A DNA stretch of 36,259 nucleotides from a virus (taxonomy: Duplodnaviria > Caudoviricetes). Under the pieces are notes generated by a model. The model was given only the letters and a program-made list of their open reading frames with translations, was not told the origin of the DNA and did no database searches. Shown here piece after piece: positions 28,425-36,259 of the stretch. Made by a program: the position numbers and the translations under genes. Each line of letters begins with the position of its first letter. Within the stretch, counting starts at the first letter, position 1. The DNA lies in the IMG/VR virus record IMGVR_UViG_3300012940_000059, positions 1 through 36,259 of that record. One strand, given 5' to 3'.

Positions 28425-29363
28425 ATGCCGGTCCACTACGACCACACCATTGACCTCGCCACACCCGCACGAGACCGCTGGGCCGAGGCGGTTTCCCAGG
28501 AGAAGCAGCTTCTGCGCCCCGCCCTCCGCGCAGCACTCAAAGACGCCGGGGCGCCAACACCCCCACTCCTCAAGCTCCTGCGCTACGCCTTCGGGCTGCT
28601 GGGTGGACGGTATCGCGACGAAATACGCGGTATCGCTTCCTCCCTAAGCCTCCCGTTCGAGACCGTGCTTTGGCTTCAGTGCAGTTATGAGCTCGCACAC
28701 GTAGGGGCGTTCACGGGTATTTTTGGGTGCAGTACTCGCCTGATCTCTCGCAAAGGTGAAGGGCCTCTACACCTGCGTACGCTAGACTGGGCGCTGCCGT
28801 CAATACGTGACACGATCCGGACGATACGCTTCGTCGACGGTACCGACGAGTTCTTCAGCGTAGGTCCCTTGGGTTTCGTCGGCGTGCTCACTGGGTTCCG
28901 CCCCGGGGCATACTCGGTGTCGCTCAACTACGCCCCGCCGACGGGAGTCAGGACCGGGTTCGGCCCAGCCTTCCTACTGCGACACGCGCTGGAACAACAC
29001 CGGTCGTTCACCGCAGCTGCCGGAACACTGCGCGACACCCACCTCATTGTACCGGCTTTCTTCGCGCTCGCAGGCGCCTCGGAGCAGCAGGCACTCTACG
29101 TGGAGAGGACCCCGCGGCGCGTAGCGACATACCGGCCCGGCGCGACAGGGAAGGCCATGACCAACCACTACACCACCAGGGCCTTCGGACACTTGAATCG
29201 AGTAGACGCCGCGTATCTGGAGAGCTCGACCTCTCGCATGGAATCGATTATGGCGATCAAAAGTAGAAAGGGGCTCTTGCGAGCCCCCCTTTGGAACGAT
29301 GACACCGTTTGCGCCGTGGTCGCCGATCCGTCACGTGGTCGGCTTACTGTCACCACTACCTGA
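28425..29363 (+). CDS. Ntn-hydrolase, acid ceramidase/NAAA/C45-like
   Basis: IDL..PARDRW, DEIRGIA, YEL...GCST (Cys nucleophile at 28728), HLRTLDW, GFVGVLTGFRPGAYSVSLN, TNH; AAAGGAG SD. Confidence 0.85.
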   Translation: MPVHYDHTIDLATPARDRWAEAVSQEKQLLRPALRAALKDAGAPTPPLLKLLRYAFGLLGGRYRDEIRGIASSLSLPFETVLWLQCSYELAHVGAFTGIFGCSTRLISRKGEGPLHLRTLDWALPSIRDTIRTIRFVDGTDEFFSVGPLGFVGVLTGFRPGAYSVSLNYAPPTGVRTGFGPAFLLRHALEQHRSFTAAAGTLRDTHLIVPAFFALAGASEQQALYVERTPRRVATYRPGATGKAMTNHYTTRAFGHLNRVDAAYLESSTSRMESIMAIKSRKGLLRAPLWNDDTVCAVVADPSRGRLTVTTT

Positions 29364-31721
29364 CCCACGCATCAGGTGCTGAACCCCCTTGACGGCGCCG
29401 TATGCCGCGCCGCCAAGGGCCAGGCCCGCACCGATCCGAGTTGCGACGGGGCCGTACCGAAGTAGCTTCTCGTGGAGAGCGGCCGTCGGCGCGGGGTTGT
29501 ACGTACCGACGGGACGGAACATCTTCGAGCGGAGGTAATCGGTGGGCATCACGTCCCGGGGACCCTTGCCTTTGACGACGTTCTTCCCCTTCGGCATCGA
29601 ACTCGCCGGGACCGTCGAGCACACGCCGCCAACACACTTCGGTACCGCCGCCTGGAAATCTTCGCCGCCGAGGTTCTTCCCCGTCCTGGTTGCGCGGGCG
29701 GCGAGAGTCTCGTACAGGTCCGCGTTCGTAGCGGCGTGCTGCTTCATGTTCGCGCGGAATTCCTGTCTAGCGCCGCGGATCTTTACCTTCTCCGCCTCCG
29801 CCGCCCCCGTAGATTTGAGCTTCGGGACGAAGAGCTCCTTCAGCCCTGCGACAATTCCACCCTTGTTGTCGTAGGTGCCGCCGCGAAGTAGATCGTCGTA
29901 CTCTTTCGTTACATTTAGGCCGCGTCGGCGCAGGTTCTGTCGCGTACGCTGCGAGTACGTGTGCGTCAGCTTCTGGTACTCCTCCATATTCCGCAGGAAC
30001 TCTTCCCGCTGCGGCCCGCGCAGGTTGGGGCGGAGGACCTGCACACGCTCCTTCGCCAAGTAGTCGTTATTGAGGGTATTCTTGTCGAAGCCGAAGGCAG
30101 GGTGTGACTCGTACACGAGTTTACCCGTACGATCTACGACACCAACATGGTAGCCCGTGGGGTGCCCTGTGGCCGCCCCGATGATCGCCTTAGTCCTCGT
30201 CAAAGAAGGATCGCCTGTTAGGACGACGTCACCAGGGCGAAGCTTCTTCAGCAGCGATTCGTAATCGGAGATCGCGGGACCCTTACCTGCGTGGATTAGC
30301 TTCTCCTGCCCGATCGTTCCGGCCCAGGGTGCGGCGGCGCCGACGCCCGCCGCAACGAGTGCAGGCGCGTCCACCCCCTCCTCATCCACAGTGTTCGCTT
30401 TTTTTTCGCCGGATGTATCGTGGCCCCCGGCGTGCTGCGCAATGTGCTTGCAGTGCCCCCCTGTCGCGGCCTTCCGGTACGTGTAATCGGGGCACGTGCA
30501 GGTATACTTGTCTCCAGACTGATCGACCTTCCACTTCTTACGGCGGTCTTTCGCAGTACGGAATGATGCGACGATGTCGCTTTCCTTCACCAGTCCGAAT
30601 TCTGCGAGGGCTGCGGCCTTGCCGAGTAATTCTTCTTCGCGCGTAGGGCGCCACGTAGGCGAATGCGGGAGGCTGTAGATCTTATCTTTGATCTCGGAGG
30701 GCATCTCGTTGAGAACGCGGCGAGCCGTAGAGCCCTGCCGCGCCAGACGCCCCTTGATGTAGTAGTAGAGCCCGGGGACTCCCTCATGGATGACGTGGGG
30801 GACTCCGGCGATCATCGCCTTCATTTTGCCCACCGGGTCATCCACGTTCTTGGCGAGCATGGTCGCCGCCGGGTGCTTATCCTCGTGCATCGTCCACCCT
30901 TCAGGGTGGCTGTGGATGTGGTAGTTGTGTTCGTGGTGCCGGAACGACTCGAAACGGTCCTGTCCGGCCTCGGGGATGGCGATCGAAACCGGCGTGAACC
31001 CGAGCCCCTCCTTGATGTCCTTTTCGGTCAGCTTGTCCTTTGGGATCACGATCCGACGGTGCGCGGTTCCTGCGAGAGCCCCGTGCTGGCGCATGAGCTC
31101 TTTCAGGTGCTCGAAACGCTGCTTGACGTCAGTGTCAGCGTCGTATGCAAGCTTGCTAAGCCCTCGTGCTATGGCAGGGCCTGCGTAGCGTCCGATTCCG
31201 TACCCCATGGCGGTTGTCGCTCCTGTGAGCAGAGGTTTGCCCGCGTACGTCGCGTACGCCTGCGCAAGCTCTTCGGTGTACTGCCTGACTTCCTCCGGGG
31301 AGGCCCCGCTCTCCCGGAGCACGTCGCGTCCGTTCCTACTCGCGAACGCTTCTGTGATCAGAGCTGGCGCCGTAGCTAGCAGAGGTAGGGCGAGTAGTGC
31401 TGTGTGCACGCGCGCGTCGCGAAAACCTGCCGCCCGAAGGAGGCCGGACCCAGCGCCGCCGGCGACACCAAGAAAAGGCGCCTTGTCGATCAGAGGGTAA
31501 AGGGCCTTGTTCTGGAGTACCCGCCCCCAGCCCTGACCGAAGCGATGGTGTCCTAGCTCGTGTGCTAGGATGTTGGCACTCGGTGACGTGAGATGAATCG
31601 CTCCGGTCTCTAGGTCGTACCCGCCGTCGTCGGTTCCAGCTCCTTCGCCAGGAGGTGTTAGCGTGACGCCCGCAGGGGCCTTGGCGGCTAATCGTAGCAG
31701 CAGCGGCGAGTACTCTGACAC
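29331..31721 (-). CDS. Multidomain polyprotein: zincin metallopeptidase + His-rich domain + SWIM Zn finger + permuted NlpC/P60 papain-like amidase
   Basis: ILAHELGH...EAFAS; HHEHNYHIHSH..WTMHEDKH; YTCTCPDY...CKHI; LRPGDVVLT...YHVGVV...VCSTVP...VMPTDY (His before Cys, i.e. permuted order). Confidence 0.75.
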   Translation of the reverse strand: MSEYSPLLLRLAAKAPAGVTLTPPGEGAGTDDGGYDLETGAIHLTSPSANILAHELGHHRFGQGWGRVLQNKALYPLIDKAPFLGVAGGAGSGLLRAAGFRDARVHTALLALPLLATAPALITEAFASRNGRDVLRESGASPEEVRQYTEELAQAYATYAGKPLLTGATTAMGYGIGRYAGPAIARGLSKLAYDADTDVKQRFEHLKELMRQHGALAGTAHRRIVIPKDKLTEKDIKEGLGFTPVSIAIPEAGQDRFESFRHHEHNYHIHSHPEGWTMHEDKHPAATMLAKNVDDPVGKMKAMIAGVPHVIHEGVPGLYYYIKGRLARQGSTARRVLNEMPSEIKDKIYSLPHSPTWRPTREEELLGKAAALAEFGLVKESDIVASFRTAKDRRKKWKVDQSGDKYTCTCPDYTYRKAATGGHCKHIAQHAGGHDTSGEKKANTVDEEGVDAPALVAAGVGAAAPWAGTIGQEKLIHAGKGPAISDYESLLKKLRPGDVVLTGDPSLTRTKAIIGAATGHPTGYHVGVVDRTGKLVYESHPAFGFDKNTLNNDYLAKERVQVLRPNLRGPQREEFLRNMEEYQKLTHTYSQRTRQNLRRRGLNVTKEYDDLLRGGTYDNKGGIVAGLKELFVPKLKSTGAAEAEKVKIRGARQEFRANMKQHAATNADLYETLAARATRTGKNLGGEDFQAAVPKCVGGVCSTVPASSMPKGKNVVKGKGPRDVMPTDYLRSKMFRPVGTYNPAPTAALHEKLLRYGPVATRIGAGLALGGAAYGAVKGVQHLMRGSGSGDSKPTT

Positions 31722-31725
31722 GGCG

Positions 31726-32421
31726 TCACCCAACCATCTTGTTGAGGCCCATGTTGATCACAGGGTCAGCGACAGCGCCTGCGATCGGACCTAGCGCACC
31801 ACCAACGCCACCCGACACGGCACCGATACCCATGTGCTTGAGGCGCTGCCCCTGGGGTGCCGTGACCGCCCCCACGAGCGCGCCGCCAGCAGCGCCCACG
31901 GCCGCCCCGCCGAGCGTGCCGGGACCCGGGATGGTGCCCAGAAGCTTTCCGCCGAGCTGCATACCCTTGCCCAGCATCTTCGCACCGGTCCCGAGGATTC
32001 CGGTCCCGGCGGCCTCCTTCACGCCAAAGGCCCTAAAGGCGTCCTCCTGTGCCTTCTTGACGGCCACCGGGCGCAGCGTGGGCGGTACCGGCGCCGCCAC
32101 CGGAGCGGGCGGGCGGGCAGCGGGGGGCGCCGCCACCGGAGCGGACGGGCGGGCAGCGAGGTGCGGCGGCTGGATGCCCTGGACCGCAATCCCCTGCGAC
32201 ACCATCTTCTGCTTGGCCGCCATCAGGTCGGCCATGGTGAACTTGGGCTTGGGAGCCTGAGGCGCGGTAGCGACGCCCTGGTTGAGCGCGCGCGTTCCTG
32301 CCGCAGGGTCGAACACCCGGCCTGTCTCCGGGTCCCAGAGGTCGGCGGCTTCCTTGTCGAGGGGCGTGCCGAACGCAGCACACGCCCGCGCGGCACCTTT
32401 GATGAAGTCGATCTTGCTCAC
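31726..32421 (-). CDS. Pro/Ala-rich, glycine-zipper protein with two KEAA motifs
   Basis: GTG at 32421 after GGAGG; C-terminal GGAAVGAAGGALVGA...GAVSGGVGGALG. Confidence 0.75.
   Translation of the reverse strand: MSKIDFIKGAARACAAFGTPLDKEAADLWDPETGRVFDPAAGTRALNQGVATAPQAPKPKFTMADLMAAKQKMVSQGIAVQGIQPPHLAARPSAPVAAPPAARPPAPVAAPVPPTLRPVAVKKAQEDAFRAFGVKEAAGTGILGTGAKMLGKGMQLGGKLLGTIPGPGTLGGAAVGAAGGALVGAVTAPQGQRLKHMGIGAVSGGVGGALGPIAGAVADPVINMGLNKMVG
32090..32158. repeat. 36-nt-period tandem duplication in the Pro/Ala linker
   Basis: ggcgccgccaccggagcgg(g/a)cgggcgggcagcg twice; encodes AARP(S/P)APVAAP. Confidence 0.8.
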
Positions 32422-32438
32422 GATTCCTCCGAAAACTG

Positions 32439-32531
32439 CACCCGTTTGAGGAGGGCGACGGTGTCGACCGTGAGCGTGTGCGGGGAGGGAAGGAACCCCG
32501 GCCAAGCACCGTCACCCTCCTCAAATGGGCG
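32439..32531 (-). ncRNA. Long 5'-UTR stem-loop (putative cis-regulatory RNA or processing site)
   Basis: 25-nt inverted repeat arms 32439-32463 and 32507-32531 (two G-U pairs and one mismatch on the minus strand), extendable inward; TATACT at 32545-32540 just upstream. Confidence 0.55.
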
Positions 32532-32553
32532 GTGATGCAAGTATAGGCCAGGA

Positions 32554-32817
32554 TTACTCGCGCCACGCCGCGTCTATGCGCGCGTCGGAGCAGTCGACGC
32601 AAGGGCAGCCTTTACCGTGGGCTGCCTCGTCCTCCGTTCGAATGACGTGGTCCAGCGCTTTCTTCAAGGAGGCGGTCGTGTGGGATAGCACCTCCGCCAG
32701 GTATGGCGTGTGCCGTCGGAGCCAGCAGATCTCGACGGTACCGTCAGACAGCACGTCGAAGGAGATATCACCGGTCCGGCGGTACGCCTTCTTCAGGAGC
32801 TCCTGAACCTGGGCCAT
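32554..32817 (-). CDS. Hypothetical protein
   Basis: 87 aa, GAGGT SD, H..GCPCVDC motif. Confidence 0.7.
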   Translation of the reverse strand: MAQVQELLKKAYRRTGDISFDVLSDGTVEICWLRRHTPYLAEVLSHTTASLKKALDHVIRTEDEAAHGKGCPCVDCSDARIDAAWRE

Positions 32818-32867
32818 GTGATCGACCTCTAGCCCCGCACTACCTATTATGGGTGAGGTCGCCCGTG

Positions 32868-32880
32868 TTTACGGCGTAAA
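32868..32880. promoter_or_regulatory. Palindromic element TTTACGGCGTAAA (copy 3)
   Basis: Overlaps the upstream gene's stop; on the minus strand CATAAT follows 16 nt later. Confidence 0.55.
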
Positions 32881-33129
32881 TAGAAGGACAGGCGTATTTT
32901 CTCCGAGCCACCCGCCGGCGATGTTGAAGTCGACGAACTCCTGCGCCTCGTCGTACTCGCAGCCGTCGCGCTCCATGATGATGTCGACGATCTTCTCCCG
33001 GCTGTAGACCGGGAGGTCCGGCTGGCCGCAGCGCTGTGCGATACCGACGAGGGCCTCGTCGTAGCCGTCGTAGAAGATGGCCTCGATCTCGTTCTCTTCG
33101 AAGTGCCTGTGGATGTCAGATGGGGTCAT
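32869..33129 (-). CDS. Small conserved-looking phage protein
   Basis: Start MTPSDIH; DGYDEALVG...VYSREKI...EA.EF.DFNI.G.W.GE.TP pattern common in phage hypotheticals. Confidence 0.75.
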   Translation of the reverse strand: MTPSDIHRHFEENEIEAIFYDGYDEALVGIAQRCGQPDLPVYSREKIVDIIMERDGCEYDEAQEFVDFNIAGGWLGENTPVLLFTP

Positions 33130-33469
33130 GGAAGTGCTCTCGGTGAGGCTTCTTGAGGTGTTTGATGTGCAGGAGCACGTTCTTGGAGCCGGGGCTGCGC
33201 CCGTCCCACACAAGGAGCAGGGCGTCAGCGTAGGACGCCATTTCCCCGTTGCGCGCAAACCCGGCGAGGTTGTCGTAGTCGTGGTCCCAGTCAGCGGGGA
33301 AGCGCTTGATCGGGACACCGTTCTCTTCCGCCCAACGCTCGCCGAGTTTGTCGACGCCGCGGCAAGTGCCTGAGACCACCTCAGTGATCTCGAAGCCAGA
33401 CCGCTTCACCGCCTCGACCACGGCTGCGTACTCCGTGATGTGCCTCGAGCCGGCGATTATGACCTTCAC
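33116..33469 (-). CDS. YspA/DUF2493 SLOG-family protein
   Basis: KVIIAGSR, VVSGTCRGVD, FPADW, AGFARNGEM, WDGRSPGS. Confidence 0.88.
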   Translation of the reverse strand: MKVIIAGSRHITEYAAVVEAVKRSGFEITEVVSGTCRGVDKLGERWAEENGVPIKRFPADWDHDYDNLAGFARNGEMASYADALLLVWDGRSPGSKNVLLHIKHLKKPHREHFHDPI

Positions 33470-33966
33470 CGCAACCCCACCGTAACCCAGTAGAAGTGGA
33501 TGGCCGCGGCGTTGATACAGAGGTGCATGGTGTTGTCCGTCACGATCAGGAGCCAGTCAGCCAGGTGGTTCGGCGTGGTCGGCGGGTAGCCGGTCTTCTC
33601 GCACTCCTTCCAGGACCACCACCAGTGCTGGTACGACGGGCACTCGGTTTCCGACGGCACCTGCGTCCTCTGCGGCGCCAGGAAGTTCTTGGCGTAGCAG
33701 ACGTAGCGGGCGAGCCGGTAGCGATCGATGAAGAAGTGGGTGATGACGATCGTGTAGACCGCCCCCACCGCACCCCAGAAGTTCATCGGGGAGAGCGCGA
33801 GCAGGACCGCGAAGGGGACGCCGTAAAGGCTGACGTGGCACAGCGCCGGCCAGTTGGACTTCGTCTTCGTCTGGGCCACCCACGGGCTCTGGAGCCAATA
33901 GTCGCCGACGAAGTGGAGAAGGAAGGCGATGAACTGGATGTAGAGAAGCTCGATCAAGGTACCCAC
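33466..33966 (-). CDS. DUF3307-like membrane protein
   Basis: HFVGDYWLQ, HVSLY, THFFID, DNTMH within hydrophobic helices. Confidence 0.8.
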   Translation of the reverse strand: MGTLIELLYIQFIAFLLHFVGDYWLQSPWVAQTKTKSNWPALCHVSLYGVPFAVLLALSPMNFWGAVGAVYTIVITHFFIDRYRLARYVCYAKNFLAPQRTQVPSETECPSYQHWWWSWKECEKTGYPPTTPNHLADWLLIVTDNTMHLCINAAAIHFYWVTVGLR

Positions 33967-33992
33967 CCTCGTTTTGTGTGCTTACGTAGACG

Positions 33993-34646
33993 TCACTTCG
34001 TCAAACCGTCACCGGGGAAACGGACCCAGTCGCGGCGCGAGACGTCGCCCCAGGTCTTCTCGAGGATGGCCTGCGCCGACCAGCCGCGGGCGTTGCAGAG
34101 GGCGAGGGTGAAGATGAGCAGGTCTCCGACAGCATCCTGCGCCGCCGCCTCATGCTCCTCGAACGTGCCCCGGATCCCCTGGGTCTGCTTGAGGAAGGCG
34201 TGCGAGAGCTCGCCCATCTCCTCGACCATGCCCAGGAAGGCAGCGTTCCACTCCTGCGGGCCGAAGTTACGGAGCTGCCACTGCGCCTGGGCGTCCTGAA
34301 TCTCCCGCAGCGTCTGGCTGTTGATGCGCGCCGCAAGCTGGGCGAGCGGGTTGTTTTCCGCCGCCTTGAGGGACTCGAGAGTGATGTCGTCGTCGACGGC
34401 GCCTGCCTTCTCGACACTCTCCTTGACCAGCGCGAGGATCTCCTCGTCGGTCTTGGCTCTTTCTTCGGGAGAGCCCCTGTGGATCGGCTTCACGTCGGGG
34501 AGCGGAGCATCCTTCCAGCTTTCCTTGACCAGCGCGGTCATCTCCGCTTCGATCTCGGCCGGGGTCTTGTTGGAGTCGAGGATGTCTTCGACCTTGCCCC
34601 GGAATTCCTGCGACTCCTTGATGATCTCTACAATCTTGGTATCCAT
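33993..34646 (-). CDS. MazG-like NTP pyrophosphohydrolase with N-terminal extension
   Basis: WQLRNFG...GMVEEMGEL...DAVGDLLIF (ExxE...DxxD all-alpha pattern). Confidence 0.8.
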   Translation of the reverse strand: MDTKIVEIIKESQEFRGKVEDILDSNKTPAEIEAEMTALVKESWKDAPLPDVKPIHRGSPEERAKTDEEILALVKESVEKAGAVDDDITLESLKAAENNPLAQLAARINSQTLREIQDAQAQWQLRNFGPQEWNAAFLGMVEEMGELSHAFLKQTQGIRGTFEEHEAAAQDAVGDLLIFTLALCNARGWSAQAILEKTWGDVSRRDWVRFPGDGLTK

Positions 34647-35149
34647 CACCGCCTCCAGTTGGACTCAGGCTCAAGCTCCGGGGCCTGAGGGAAGAAGGTG
34701 TCCCAGCAGTCGGGAGCCTTGAGGACTACCCCGAACTCTCTGTAAATCGGCCACATAAAACGATCATCGTCGATGAAGAGGAGCGAGGAGCCGAAGTCCT
34801 GTTTGATGCGCAGGATCTGCTCGCGCTTGTACTCCGTGGCCTTCAACAGATTCCCTGCCGGCCGCATGAAGAGGCGGTCGTCGGTCAGCTCGGTTACGCC
34901 CAGCTTGTGATGCAGCCAGGTCATCGTGGTGTCGCGCAGGTCTTCGTTGCGCCCCGTGAGGAAGGCGATGCCGTAGTTGAGTGCCTTGATCTTCTCGAGG
35001 CCGCGCTTGGCACCGGGGATCACCGTGTCCTTGGCGACCAGGTCAGGGCGCAGGAAGTTGGCCCAGTCCTTCTCCCCAGGACCTTCGACGAAGTGGGCGC
35101 GGTGGGCGTTGTCGGCGACGGTTCCATCTATGTCAATGATCACAAACAT
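34646..35149 (-). CDS. HAD phosphatase (PNKP 3'-phosphatase-like)
   Basis: IIDIDGTVAD, FLTGR, LFMRP, K, FIDDD. Confidence 0.88.
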   Translation of the reverse strand: MFVIIDIDGTVADNAHRAHFVEGPGEKDWANFLRPDLVAKDTVIPGAKRGLEKIKALNYGIAFLTGRNEDLRDTTMTWLHHKLGVTELTDDRLFMRPAGNLLKATEYKREQILRIKQDFGSSLLFIDDDRFMWPIYREFGVVLKAPDCWDTFFPQAPELEPESNWRR

Positions 35150-35270
35150 CAGCGTGCTATCTCCTGCGCAGTTGGCCCGCCCTTACAGGTTTTGGCGTTC
35201 GCGCTGTTGATCTTGCGGTCAAAGCGTTGCGGGCGGCCACCTGCACGTCAGACAATGATCGCCCGACAAA

Positions 35271-35987
35271 CTACTCCAGCTCATTGAGCGCGGCCTTGGA
35301 CATGGTCACGGACACGCCGCCGTCGGTGAAGGCCACCAGCTCGTCTTCGCCGGCCGCCATCTGGTCGACCTTGGCGAGAAGGCGGCCCCCCTCCTCGGCG
35401 GGCATGTGCGGGACCGCGGGGGCGAGCAAGCGGGCAACATAGTCCTGCGCCCAGCTGGCGACGGCCTTGCTGCCGTAATCGGTGGCGTGGGGACGCTCAT
35501 GCCTGTGCCAGCGGAGAACGTTCTCGAACACCCCGAGCGGCAGGTGGTCGCGAGCGAGGTCGAAGAACACCGCCGCGGCGCGCTCCGTGTTCGGGACCGA
35601 GGGAGGTGCCAGCGGCTGCACGCCCTGGACGAAGGGACGGCAGATCTCCACGATCCCGCCGAAGAGATGGTCCTTGATCTTCTGGGTAATCGGGAGCTCT
35701 TCGTAGGGGCGGAAGCAGGGGTGCATCTTGGCGTCAGGGTCCTTCACCCGCCCGTACACCCACCCCTCCGCCCGCTTCTGCTCGAGCCAGCTCTCGTGCA
35801 TCATCTCGGGTGTGGCGTGCGGATTGTCCAGACGGAAGGTGACGCCTTTGATGGCGCTATCGCGCTGCCACGCAGGAGCATCATCCCACTGCGGCTGCGA
35901 CTGATCACCGAGAGTCTGGCAGAGTGCTCGGTTGGCCTCGTGGGTGATGCGGGCGACGTCTTCGATCGACAGGAACTGCTGGCTCAT
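35271..35987 (-). CDS. RyR-domain-containing protein
   Basis: Start MSQQFLS; ARITHEANRA, MHESWLEQKRAEGWVYGRVKD...HPCFRPYEELP..QK.KD. Confidence 0.82.
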   Translation of the reverse strand: MSQQFLSIEDVARITHEANRALCQTLGDQSQPQWDDAPAWQRDSAIKGVTFRLDNPHATPEMMHESWLEQKRAEGWVYGRVKDPDAKMHPCFRPYEELPITQKIKDHLFGGIVEICRPFVQGVQPLAPPSVPNTERAAAVFFDLARDHLPLGVFENVLRWHRHERPHATDYGSKAVASWAQDYVARLLAPAVPHMPAEEGGRLLAKVDQMAAGEDELVAFTDGGVSVTMSKAALNELE

Positions 35988-36259
35988 CGCTTCCCTTTCC
36001 GCGCGGTCGACGCGCGTGCGTTCTTGAGCGTCCGACGCTTCTTGCGCTGCGCCCGAATATGCTCTCTGATCTCCGGGTCTGCGGTGTACTCGCGGTAGTA
36101 CTTGCGCTGTCGATGCAGCCGTACTTCGCGCTCTGCCGCACTCTCCGCAGCCCGTTTCGCGTAGTAGCGCTCTCTGTAGTACGCGTTCATCCGTTCCCGA
36201 TTCTTCGCGTACCACCTCCGCCACGCCTCGCGCTTACGCTCGAGCTTATCGGGGGTAAG
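35984..36259 (-). CDS. Arg/Tyr-rich basic protein, partial (starts beyond window)
   Basis: Frame reads open to the window end (..KLERKREAWRRWYAKNRERMNAYYRERYY..); ATGA coupling to the RyR gene. Confidence 0.65.
   Translation of the reverse strand, partial: LTPDKLERKREAWRRWYAKNRERMNAYYRERYYAKRAAESAAEREVRLHRQRKYYREYTADPEIREHIRAQRKKRRTLKNARASTARKGKR

Noticed and set aside
28252-28536. N-terminal extension of the 618-aa ATP-grasp ORF
   Set aside because: Overlaps the divergent Ntn-hydrolase gene; the better SD and start are at 28251.
30399-30406. A8 run (GAA AAA AAA) before the NlpC/P60 module as a slippage or phase-variation site
   Set aside because: Explained by the EKKA motif codons; single instance with no other support.
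31726-32421. Glycine-zipper protein as a double-glycine bacteriocin or graspetide precursor for the C39/ATP-grasp enzymes
   Set aside because: No double-Gly leader consensus, no repeated Thr/Ser/Lys-Asp/Glu core and no transporter in the window.

Overview
GC-rich, gene-dense segment of what looks like a large (jumbo-type) tailed bacteriophage genome. The phage call is an inference from gene content; no rRNA, tRNA, CRISPR array or integrase was seen. From left to right: (1) a minus-strand tail module (1-7325) with a hub-like protein missing from the ORF track, a tape-measure-like protein, and a tail assembly chaperone pair joined by a -1 slippery site; (2) a plus-strand DNA/nucleotide metabolism operon (7498-19385) with a DinG-like helicase, an XRE HTH protein, degenerate RNase HII-like and HAD-like proteins, thymidylate synthase carrying an in-frame HNH endonuclease insertion with no visible splicing motifs, dNMP kinase, and dCMP deaminase with an HNH intein; (3) a plus-strand run of small accessory genes (19497-25530) including three tandem MSH...DxH paralogs; (4) a cluster of amide-bond enzymes (25527-32421): transglutaminase-like, C39 peptidase, ATP-grasp ligase, acid-ceramidase-like Ntn hydrolase and a zincin/SWIM/permuted NlpC-P60 polyprotein, with modules punctuated by a recurring GxxxAxxx(F/Y)G(L/V)..KxA motif and a long 5'-UTR hairpin ahead of the operon; (5) minus-strand accessory genes (SLOG, DUF3307-like, MazG-like, HAD phosphatase, RyR domain). 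A 13-bp palindrome, TTTACGnCGTAAA, sits upstream of three transcription units. All family calls come from motif recognition by eye, not database searches.
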